This document shows, piece by piece, positions 1 through 10,973 of a stretch of DNA of 60,000 nt. The DNA is taken from positions 14,820,001 through 14,880,000 of the forward strand of contig NC_086118.1 of assembly GCF_963921235.1 (NCBI RefSeq). Direction: 5' to 3'. Under the pieces are notes generated by a model. It was not told where the DNA came from and searched no databases. It saw only the letters and a list, made by a program, of their open reading frames with translations. The translations under genes were made by a program, and so were the position numbers. This DNA comes from Mobula hypostoma (taxonomy: Eukaryota). Position 1 is the first letter of the stretch; the number at the start of each line of letters is the position of its first letter.

Positions 1-756
1 TGAACTGCAGGTCTCTAGCACCTCTCACGTGGCTGAGTGGACTTTTGCAGCTAACGGAAGGGTAACAGGTCCACTTGAGGTTTGGACTAAGACCCTTCCC
101 GAGGCTGCAACCAGATACATCCCTTTTGAGAGACAGCTCTTACCCTTTTACTGGGTCTTTTTAGTTACCAAGCACAGAGACCAGCTCAGACACGGTGGTC
201 TTGTGACCCCACCTACAAATTGTCCAGCGAGTAAAATCAAATCATGTGATCCACAAGGAAAGCCACGCTCAGCACTCTTCGATAGTCAAATGGATAGGAT
301 ACATAGCAGATTGGGCAGAGTTATGGTCCTTCGCACCAATGGTCATAGCACCCCGATGAGGTTGTAGCCCTCGATCCATCACCAAAACAATGTAACAAAC
401 CACATGTTGACCTAACTCCGGAGGAGAAACAGTAGGTTTGGTTCACCAGCAGCTCCAGCCGTTGGTGGAGTGGCAGCTCCACACATGATTTTGGATTTCT
501 AATTCTTCACATAAAGCAACACAGGACATTTGAGAATCCTGTTTTGCAGAACATCCTCATACTTCAGATGTTCCACATCATAGTGAAGTCCATATAATCA
601 AGGCCTTACCCAGAGTTAGGTTGCCAAGACTAAATCTGCCTCTGTTGTGATGCCCACTTTCCCCAGGGTGCATCACTCAGCGTGGCTTCAGTATCAAGCC
701 AGGACTAAAGGTAGATGAACACTGCAAAGCTTGGGCCTTTATCCAGTCTGAGCTTT

Positions 757-1122
757 TCAGAATCAGAATCAGGTTTATTATCACCAGCATGTAACGTGGA
801 ATTTGTTAACAGTAGCAGCAGTTCAATGCAATACATAATATAGAAGAAAAAAATAGTAATAATAATAAGTAAATCTTATTGCGTATACTTTACACAGTAT
901 ACATATATTGAATAGATTAAAAATTATGCAATAAACAGAAATACTATATATTTTTTTTAAAAAGTGAGGTAGTGTCCAAGTGTTCAACGTCCATCTAGGA
1001 ATCGGATGGCAGAGGGGAAGAAGCTGTTTCTGAATCGCTGAGTGTGTGTCTTCAGGCTTCTTTACCTCCTACCTGGTGGTAACAGTGAGAAAAGGGCATG
1101 CCCTGGGTGCTAGAGGTCCTTC
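757..1122 (-). mobile_element. Rex-like LINE 3' end with (ATTCTG)n tail; a similar tail lies at 46630-46720
   Basis: cagaatcagaatcaggtttatt terminus and typical 3' UTR. Confidence 0.75.
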
Positions 1123-1489
1123 AACATTTGAAGGAAAACTACAGATAGAAGAAAGTTCTCTTTGCTTTTTTGAGACTAAATTAGAAAAACAGAATACACT
1201 AATGTTCAGTTTACCCATTAATTCCTATACCCTATCAAGTCACTTCATGAACATCAATTCAGTCTTTTAGTTATTCCTTTTAGTCATTTCTTTGGGCTGA
1301 CATGCTTTTTCTCTATACCTCTATAGACCTTGAGATACAAGAGCTGGGACATCAAATTACAGTAAAACAAGACTTTAGTACAACTACACAAGATGGAGCA
1401 GTTCATCCATGTGGCCTCTGCTGTCCTCTGTCCACTCTCCTCCACGGATGTATTCCACGTCAGTGGGTCAGACAGCGTCCGTGGATGGA

Positions 1490-2100
1490 AGTGGACATTT
1501 GACACTTTGCATCTGCAGACAAGTGCGAGGTTTTGCACTTTGGTAGGAACAACCAGAGTTGAAGTTGCATAAGATGTTGCTGAGGCCTAATTTGGAGTAT
1601 TGTGTGCAGTTTTGGTCACTTAACAACAGGAAAGATATAAACAAGTTTGAAAGGCTACGGAGAAAATTCACAATGGTCTTGCCAGGTCTGCAGAATCTGA
1701 GTTATAAGGAAGGACTGTATCCTTTAGAACACAGAAGAATGAGAGGAGATTTGATAGAGGAATAAAAAATTATGAGGGGTATAGGTAGGGTAAATGCAAG
1801 CAGGCTTTTCTGGGACTACAACCAGAGGTCATGGCTTAAGAGTGGAAGATGAGAAGTTTAAGAGAAACATGAGGGGAAACGTCTTCACTCAGAGTCATGA
1901 GAGTGTGGAATGAGCTGCCAGCACAAGTGGGGCATGCAAGCTCGATTTCAATGTTTAAGAGAAGTGTGGATAGATACATGGATGGTAGGAGTATGGAGGG
2001 CTATGGTCCCAGTGCAGGTCAATGGGAATAGGCAATTTAAATGGTTTTAGCATGGACTAGATGGGCTGAAGGGCCTGTTTCTGTGCTGTATGACTCTATC
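1490..2100 (+). mobile_element. CR1 3' fragment
   Basis: LLRPNLEYCVQFWS...RRMRGDLIE and a typical 3' UTR (gggctgaagggcctgtttctgtgctgta). Confidence 0.88.
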
Positions 2101-3060
2101 TGGACTGAATGCTAGAGAGAAGACAGCCAGTACAAAAGATGAAGGGAAGAGCTGGAGCAAGAGCTCGCAAGTGACAGGTGGATCCGAGTAAAGAGAGGTG
2201 ATAAGCAGATGGAGGAGGGGAGAGTGGAAATGGAGACAAAAGGTAGGAGGTGATAGGTGGAAGTGACAAAGGACTGCGGGTGATGGAACCTGATAGGAAA
2301 GGAAGCTGGAGCATGGAATCAAGTGAGGGCGCTGGGGAGAGCAGAAGGGAACAAGAGGGGAGGGAAGTAGTAAATGGATTGTGTGGGTAATGGACACATG
2401 GAGTGGGGGTAGGAGGGAAAGGAAACAGATGATGGAGTCTAGAGTGGTGCAGGAAGAACTGGGTAGATCAGGAAGTGTAAGTAAAAGGCTTAGAAGGAGA
2501 CCAGTTACCATAAGTTGGAGAAATCAATGTTCAAGCTGTTGGGTTGTAAACTACCCAGGAGGAATACGAGCAGTCTGGCAGTGGAGGGGGCCAAGTTCAA
2601 TCACGTCAGCGTGAGAATGAGGAGGGCCGTTAAAATGACTGGCAACGGGGAACTCCAGACAGCCATGGTGGACACTTACTCAGCAAAGCGGTCCCCTAGT
2701 ATGTGTTTGGGCTCACCGAAGCAGAGGAGGACATATCAGCAACACCAGAGGCAATAAACAAGGCTGGAGGATTTGTATGAGAATGACTGCCTCATCTGAT
2801 GAGCTGTTTAAGGCCTCGGATGGTGGTGAGGCAGGAGGCATAGGGACTCACATTACAGTTCCCACAGGGGAGGAAGGGGTGATAGGTGGGGAGGGACGAA
2901 TAGAACAAGGAGAGAGAGAACCCTGTGGAAAACAGCAAGTGGTGGGGTGGGGAAGGCAGGGCTGGTACTGGGATCACAATGTGGCTGGCAGAGTTTGTGG
3001 AGAACATACCTGGAATATTGAGAGCACTTATGGTCGCCAGACAATAAGAAGGATGTGAAT
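2100..3060 (-). mobile_element. Decayed Penelope-like element (GIY-YIG region and pyrimidine-rich 3' UTR)
   Basis: The reverse complement of 2680-2735 gives LLCFGEPKHILGDRFAE, resembling the Penelope GIY-YIG motif YIGETKRRLGDRFAEH. Confidence 0.7.
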
Positions 3061-4804
3061 AGGCTAGAGAGGGTGTCATAAAGATTGACAATGTTTTTTG
3101 TCAGGACTGAAGGGCTTGAGTTCATGAGGAAAGACAGGATAGGCTGGGACTGCTTTGCCTGAAGTAAAGAGGGCTGAGAGTCGACCTTACGAAAAGTATA
3201 TAAAATCACAAGTGTCTACATAAAGAGGACGATCATGGGGCGGGGGGGGGGGGGGCAGGTGCCGGAGGGGACGGAGGGACAGGAAGGAGAGAAAAGTGAG
3301 AAGGTGCAAGAGCATGACAAAAACTCCAACATGAGGTCTGCTTGAGGGTCAAATATATAAACAGAAGGCACCATTGTGCTGCTGCTATTAGAGCTATCAG
3401 CTGCCCATTCACACAGTTCCTTCACCATTTCTCTTTCATTTTCAACTGCTCCCAGAATCTAACACTCACCTATAATCAAGGCAACTTACAATGACCAGCA
3501 AACCAACAACCCACACATCTTTGGGATGTGGAAGGAGGCACCCAAAGGAAACACATGCCATCATGGGGAGAACATGGAAACTTCACACAGACAGCACCCA
3601 AGGTCAAGATCGAGTCTCCAGCACAATGAAGGAATGGCTCTACTAGCTGAACCATTACATTGCTCTTTCTTTATGTTTTCACTCTCAACCTGTCCCTATT
3701 TTATCATATTTATGTTCCCTTATTCAGATTTTCTCTTCCCCAACTGCCCCCATTAACTCATAGACCAGATGACGTTATTCACGGCTTATCCCCAGGGCGA
3801 TGTTGTTCTCATCTTACTAGAGATTTTTAATTTGCCCCATCCATTCTCCCCTCACCTGCTCTGCAAATTATATTCAACTGATTTTCTCTCTTTCCCAGAG
3901 TATTTTTGACCTGGAAGGTCAATTCTGCTTCTTTCCACAGATGCTGTGTAACCTGAATACTTTCAGCATTTCCTGTTCTTATTAAGTATTTGCAAACCCT
4001 AATTTTTAAACAGCATAGACAGTAGGTTAATGAGCAGAATCATTGCATAATAAATTTAAATTAATTGCAGTTGTGAAAAATTTGATCAATTCTCAATATC
4101 TAACCATCTTTGACATAAGCTATAAATCATTTAGAGCAGAATAATGCCTACTGCTCCATCTTCATGGCATTACTATTTATTGCAATGAATGGGGAAAAAA
4201 AAATCAGAATACGAGCTTATTCCTGGTAAATTCTCTTTCTGTTAATCAACCGCAACAAGTAATGGGCCTGTGCCAGAAGGACCTAATTAGAAAGAGGAAG
4301 ATTTATCAGGCTATTTTCCCAGAGTGGAATCTTATTTGGCAGAAGACTATATTCAAGAGTTATGCATGGATTATGAATAAAGGTCAGGATTCCAATCTGT
4401 ATTGTTCTCAATTTTCCAATCATTAAAGTGAATAATCAGAGATTGAGCATAGTTTGAATTAAGTGTACTGAGCTCACCTACTTCCATCAAATTAGGCTGC
4501 TTTGCCAGCAGCTGGTCTGTGCTCCCTGCTTCCATCAAATAGCAATCTTCTCTGAGTGAAGCACTGAAACCCTGACACTCATATTCATAGTAAATTTTAT
4601 TATACAATTTCCCCAAAATATCAACAAATATTCCTTTCATGAAATATTACAATCCAAGTACACATACATCTGACAATCCTTTCTTAATCTCCCCACCTAC
4701 TCTTTTCACTATTCACGATTTCCCATCCCAACCACTCTGGATAGCTTCAAAGGGTTGTAGTATTGGCTTAAGTCACAGATGCCATTAACCTACAGCCAAC
4801 TATG

Positions 4805-5300
4805 GCGTGGACACAGCTCAACACATCATGGAAAACAGTTTCCCTACATGGACTCTGTCTATATTTTATGCTAATATTTTATGCAATAAAACTACCAGCA
4901 TAATCAAAGTTCCCCCCACCTATCTCAGACATTCTCTCTTCTCCTTTCTTCCATCAGGCAGAAGATACAAAAATCTGAAAGTGTGTACCACCAGGTTCAA
5001 GGATAGCTTCTATCACACTGTTAAAAGACTATTAAATGGCTTATTAGCACAATAAAATCAACTACCTCATTATTCACAAACTTCTTCATTTTAATCTTGC
5101 ACTATTTTTTTTTTACCAGCACTGCATTTTTCTGTAGCTGATACACTTTAATCTGCACCATTATTGTTCTTATCTTGTTCCACCTCAATATTCTGTTATG
5201 TGTAATGATCGGATCTGTATGAATAGTATCCAATTCCATCTTTTCAGTACATCTTGATACATGTGACAACAACAAATCAATTTCAATCACAGTTCCAGTT
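4805..5300 (+). mobile_element. Rex-like LINE 3' end
   Basis: LFSFLPSGRRY...TTRFKDSFY. Confidence 0.78.
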
Positions 5301-5466
5301 CCAATATCAATTATAATCTGGAGTCAATAAGAAGTGTAAATATTGTCCTGGCTGGAATTTGAGAATGAGCACTGGAGGAAAAGGAAACGTTCTCAAACAA
5401 CGGCATATTCTTGAGTTCTCTTTTAGACGGAATATTGAGTCAGATGAGAAAACAAAAATAAAGAGA

Positions 5467-6124
5467 ATCACCTTCATCAAAGAGGGAGCCAGGCCTTTCA
5501 TAACCAAACAACCAAAGCCCAATCTGCTGCTAGCAGCCAGGTCCTGGGAGATGAGGGTTGATGTGGGAAGGAGGTTGCAGTTCCCGGATGTGGTGCACAC
5601 AACCCTATGCCCGGACATTGTACTGTAGTCAACCGAAGACAAGAAAATAATTCTGGTTGAGCTGACTGTGCCGTGGGAGGAGGGATGGGAAGAGGCCCAC
5701 GAGAGAAAGACCTTGAAGTACCAGCCCTTAGTGCAGGAGTGTAAAGACAAGGGATGGCAGGCATGGTTGTTCCCTGTGGAGATCGGCTGCAGAGGTTTCC
5801 CAGCCAAATCAGCATGGTGGTTGTTGTCAGCTCTGGGCCTGGATGAAAGGAGCAAAAAACAAGCAGCTTGTAGGATGGGGGAAGAGGCAGAACGAGCCTC
5901 TTGTTGGATTTGGAGTAGGCGAGAGGAGGGAAGCTGGAAGCCAGGAGCAGATGGGCAGTGATTTGGCCACCACTGCCGGCCCACCAACTGGAGAGTGTCG
6001 TGGTTAAGGGTTGAAATACTCTGTGAAGGCTGGGAACCACCTGATGACATCTGCTCCTGGCTGAAGGCTACGGTTACCTTATAAGGTAACTGGAGAATGC
6101 ATCCTAACAGGTGTCTGTAACAAG
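5467..6124 (+). mobile_element. 5'-truncated copy of the same HERO element (endonuclease C-terminus plus 3' UTR), fused directly upstream of the full-length copy
   Basis: Direct repeat of 9184-9801. Both copies end in aacaggtgt(c/a)tgtaacaag. ORFs 5359-5628 and 5668-5961 match ORF 9248-9610. Confidence 0.93.
5984..6052 (+). ncRNA. Putative hammerhead ribozyme with rearranged (pseudoknotted) strand order in the HERO 3' UTR; predicted cleavage after C5999
   Basis: GUC at 5997-5999. Stem I 6000-6005 (GUGGUU) pairs with 6035-6040 (AACCAC), followed directly by CUGAUGA at 6041-6047. GAAA at 6013-6016 is followed by UACUCU, pairing with AGAGUG at 5992-5997 (stem III). Weak stem II, 6008-6011/6049-6052. 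Confidence 0.75.
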
Positions 6125-9100
6125 TAATCTCTGGTTTGTACCAGTGGCTTCCAGGAAAGGCTGGATGGCAACCGAGGAATGTCGGTGACACTGGAGAGAC
6201 AGCTGACCTCCAGGAAAGGCTGGCACAGGCTCACAAGGCTAGCAACCTTGTTGGCAGCACTCACAAGAGGGCACCACGCAAGCTACAACTGAACACGAAG
6301 AGCAATACCCCCAGAGTCTCCCGAGAAGGCGGGGGGAGGATGAGAGACTCAACGGCCAGGACAGGAAACACGACTACGAGGAAGCTGAAGCAAACAACAC
6401 TAACCCAAGAGGAATTCACGGTAAGGTATCATTGCGGGAAAGTCTGCAAAAACATCAGAGGGCTCAAGATACACCAGAGCAGGTCTAGTTGTGGATTAAT
6501 GGTGACCCAAGTGCAGCGCACGGACTTAGTGTCCGGTGAGATGAAGGAGAATTTCAGCCAGGAAGCACCCCACAGAGCTGAAGATCTCTCCACACTTGAG
6601 TCACCTCAGTACCAAACTACAGACCTAGTGAGTTCCTCTTCGGCTACCCCGATCCATTCATCAAGGAAAGACAGGATCAAATGGCCTAGATCGTCAAACA
6701 ACCTCACCTGGATGCAGTTCGATGATGATCTGGATGGCATCCTGGAATGTGCCTTAGCAGGTCCAGTACACAGAAAGATCAACTCACTCACAGCCATAGT
6801 GTACAATCTAGCTAAGGAACGATTTGGCCCAATGGAGCGGAGAAGCCTGCCCAAGTTACTGCGGCAACTAAATAGGAGGGAAACTGAGATTAGTCACTTG
6901 AGAGGCGAATTAAAGCCGCTCAACAAGAAGTTTAAAACCAGCTCACCGGCCAAAAAAGAAGGTATTAAGGACTTAACCAGTATGTTGCGGGAAAAGCTGT
7001 GCAAACTCCGGAGGGCGGAACATCTGCGACAGCAAAGAAGGAAGAAAGAGAAAAGGCGAGCGCAGTTTGTGAGAGATCCATTCAGCTTCACCAGGACTCC
7101 TCTCGGCCAACAAAAATCTGGTCTACTATCCAGCTTGAAGCCAGAGGTAGAGGAGTTCCTGTGGGAGGCGCACAGCGACCCACGGAGGGGTCAGGGACTA
7201 GGAACCAGTCGGGCTGTGCATAGACCGGAAAAACCATCAATCGACCTGAATGTGAAGGAGCCTACATGGCAGGAAATCCAGGACATCATCCGGAAAGCTA
7301 AAGCATCAGCTGCCCCAGGCCCAAGTGGCATACCTTATAAGGTGTATAAGAAATGCCCAAAACTACTTCGGAGGCGGTGGAAGGTCATGAGAAAGAGCTG
7401 GGCCAAAGGTACTATTCCATCAAATTGGAAATTGGCAGAGGGATGCTTTATTCCAAAGGAAGAGGATTCTTCCACAATTGCCCAGTTTAGGACAATTTCT
7501 CTCCTAGACGTGGAATGTAAGATTTTCTTTTCTGTGCTCGCAAGAAGGCTGACTTCTTACATGATGCAGAACCGCCATATCAACACATCCATTCAGAAAG
7601 GCGGTATTCCAGGCTTTTCGGGGTGTCTGGAATACACCTCAATGATTAGCCATTTGATCCGTGAGGCCAAGCAGAAAAAATGTGACTTAACAGTTGTCCA
7701 GTTAGACCTCGTGAACACCTACAGGTCTATTCCATATGACCTCATCCTAGAAGGACTTGACCACCACTACATCCCAGTGGCTATTCGAGACATGATCACC
7801 AGCTACCTAGGAGGATTCAAACTCAGATTTACATCAGCCCATTTCACAACTAGGTGGCAGAACCTCCAGAAGGGGATTCCAACAGGGTGCACAATCTCCC
7901 CCACCCTATTAATTATGGGAATGAACCTCCTGTTATCAGCAGCAGAAGGTGTAACCCACGGCCCGACGCTGAAGTCAGGTATTGTTCAGCCGGCTCTACG
8001 AGGGTTCATGGATGACATCACTTTAACAACTGTGTCACATGTCCAAGCAAGATGGGTATTGGAAACCCTGGACAATGTAGCCACTTGGGCGAGGATGTCC
8101 TTCAAGGCCAAGAAGTCCAGGTATATGGTGATCAGAAAGGGCAAAGTTACTAGCAGGTTTAGCATCAAGTTCAGGGTGAGGTCATCCCTTCCATCGACGA
8201 GAACCCGACAAAATCCTTGGGGAAGTGGTTCAATGTGTCACTGACAGATGGGGCCAATGTCACCAATGCTGTGAAGCAGACAGACGAATCCCTGAAGAAG
8301 ATCGACAAATCCAGACTTCCAGCTAAGTTCAAGACCTGGCTGTACCAATGCAGCCTTCTGCCCAGGCTTCGCTGGCTCTTCACACTTTATGAGTTCCCCA
8401 TAACTGCTGTAGAGAGCATAGAGAGGAAAACCAACAAACACCTGCGGAGATGGTTGGGAGCTCCCCCAAACTTCTCTTCAGTGGGCTTCTATATTCCATC
8501 TGGGCAACTGCAGCTTCCCCTGTCATCTGTTGTAGAGGAATTCAAGGTGGCAAATGCAGAGCCTTATTAAGCTTGAGAGATTCCAATGACGTCTTGGTAA
8601 AGCAAGCAGGCATTACAACCAGATCTGGGTGCAAGTGGGCAGCCAACGCAGCTGTGGAGGAGGCAGTGTGTTCTCTGAAGCTGTGAGATATCATCGGCAA
8701 CCCCTGCGTCAGGTGGCAAGGCCTCGGCTCAGTTCACTTCCAGCAGGGGGGAAACGCAAGCATAAGGGACAGGTGAGACATGATACAGGCAGAAGTACAG
8801 ATCCATGAGGGAGAGAAGCGGATGTCAAAGGCAGTGGAACAAGGGTCCCAGGGTGCCTGGACAAAATGGGATCTGCCCAAGCGCAGGATCTCATGGGCAG
8901 AGTTATGGAGACTGGAGCCCTTCCACATTTCCTTCCTCTTGTAATCCGTGTATGACACCCTTCCTTCACCATTACATCTGTACACATGGGGGATGAGAGA
9001 GGACCTGAACTGTAAGCTCTGTGGTCAAAGGGGATACTGACTCATATACTGTCTGGGTGTAAAACAGCTCTAACTCAAGGACGGTATAAGTGGTGCCATG

Positions 9101-9801
9101 ATAAAGTGCTTCTGGCTCTTGCTGACACACTAGAGCAAGAGAGATGCAAGAAGTGGATGGCTGACTCAGATTTGAGGAAGGCTATCACCTTTCATAACCA
9201 AACAACCAAAGCCCAATCTGCTGCTAATAACGGCCAGGTCCTGGGAGATGAAGGTCGATGTGGGAAGGAGGTTGCAATTCCCGGATGTGGTGCACACAAC
9301 CCTCCGCCCGGACATTGTACTGTGGTCAACTGAAGACAGGAAAATAATTCTGGTTGAGCTGTCTGTGCCGTGGGAAGAGGGATGGGAAGAGGCCCACGAG
9401 AGAAAAGCCTTGAAGTACCAGCCCTTAGTGCAGGAGTGTAAAGACAAGGGATGGCAGGCATGGTTTTTCCCTGTGGAGATCAGCTGCAGAGGTTTCCCAG
9501 CCAAATCAGCATGGCAGTTGTTGTCAGATCTGGGTCTGGACGAAAGGAGCAAAGAACAAGCAGTTCATAGGATGGGGGAAGAGGCAGAACGAGCCTCTTG
9601 TTGGTTTTGAGATAGATGAGAGGAGGGAAGCTGGAAGCCACGAGCAGATGGGCAGTGAGTTGGCCACCACTGCCAGCCCACCAACTGGAGAGTGTTGTGG
9701 TTAAGGTTGGGAACCACGTGATGACATCTGCTCCTGACTGAAGGCTACGGTTGCCTTATAAGGTATCTGGAGAATGCACTCTAACAGGTGTATGTAACAA
9801 G
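6125..9801 (+). mobile_element. Near full-length, decayed HERO-clade (R2 group, RLE-type) non-LTR retrotransposon
   Basis: Single ORF with N-terminal zinc finger (HCGKVCKNIRGLKIHQSRSSC), RT motifs (APGPSGI, FRTISLL, QKGGIPG, GIPTGCTISP, FMDD), CCHC knuckle (CKLC...HILSGC near 9011-9060) and restriction-like endonuclease (RPDIVLW...ELSVPWE...AHERKALKY). Broken by frameshifts (~8170, ~8550, ~9035, ~9190) and stops. Confidence 0.92.
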
Positions 9802-10898
9802 CTTCTAAATTTGGTCCACAATCCATTTGATCCAGGAGAATTTGTCATTGCCAATTGTGACATGAAGAATTCATACAATTTTAGACAGAGTCGATACAAA
9901 AACAAACACTCAGAAAATTGTGAATCCAAAAAGCTAAACACGAAATCATTTTAATGGTGACTGATTATTGCTACAATGATCAGGCTAGATCAATTATACT
10001 CTTTTTAACATTAAGACAAGTTAAACACTCCAGGATGTGGAGACTGTTTTCTCTCTCTTTCTCCTCATCTCACATGCATTAGTATCACAGCATCAAAGGA
10101 GATGAAAACAGGTCCTTTAGACTGTCCACTAAGCAGCCACTTACAGCAATCCTACACTAATCAGATTCCCCATATCCTACAACTCACTTGCACAGCCGGA
10201 ACAATTCTACACTGGCCAATTATCCTACCAACTTGTATGTCTTTGGGTTGTAGGGGGACACTGATACACCCAGGGGAAACCCAAGCGGTCAGAGGGCAAC
10301 TGTAAATTCCACACAGACAGCACTTGTGGTCATGATCAGTCTCAGGTCAATGAAGCTGTGAGGCAATGGCTCTACTAGCTGTATCACTGTGTCACCGATT
10401 GTTCTGTAATGTCAGATTTTCAGAATGTCAGTGGTTCACAATAAACCGAAAATGAGTCTATTCATTTTCTTCATGGCTTGGTCTCCATCTATCTCTTACA
10501 TCTACAGATCTTGTTTAGATTCTTTGGTTGTTTCATTCTTCAATTAACAGGCATACATCCAGATAAAATTATTACAGTAGTATGACATTGTAAGCACAAA
10601 TCTGACATGAGTAAACACAAAAAAAAAATGACATTACATGTGATAGTACATCTGGAGAAAATCACTTACTGTTATTATTATTTATTAACTAGATTTGACC
10701 TCCCGTGCATTGAAGCAAATTCTGCCTGCATGATGGCCATTTATGAAGAAATGCATCACCTCCTGGTTATGCATCAACAAGATTTGCCCAAAACATCCTG
10801 TTTACTCAAATCATTATTAATGAAACTCCAATGACAAACAATAATTTCCTATTCAATCCTTCAGAGATCATTAGGAAGAAAATGAGGCAATAACTTAC

Positions 10899-10973
10899 CC
10901 TTCCTCCATGCCAGCCAGGGGACTCTGGGAGAGCTTTGCCAAGTTTTTGGCATAATCTTCTTCAATTTTAATC
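10899..10973 (-). CDS. GAS7: GAS7 coding exon, 75 bp: (R)IKIEEDYAKNLAKLSQSPLAGMEE(G)
   Basis: Acceptor tgtgttaaaAG and donor GTaagt. Matches GAS7 RIKIEEDYAKNLAKLSQNSLASQEEG. The phase-2 junction with the previous exon restores the Arg codon. Confidence 0.96.

Noticed and set aside
5307..6191. 294-aa antisense ORF
   Set aside because: Shadow of the HERO endonuclease coding strand; not kept intact in the second repeat.
1..10890. Search for the next GAS7 exon (SLGEAWAQVKKSLADEAEVHLKF)
   Set aside because: No matching peptide seen; it probably lies beyond the left edge of the window.
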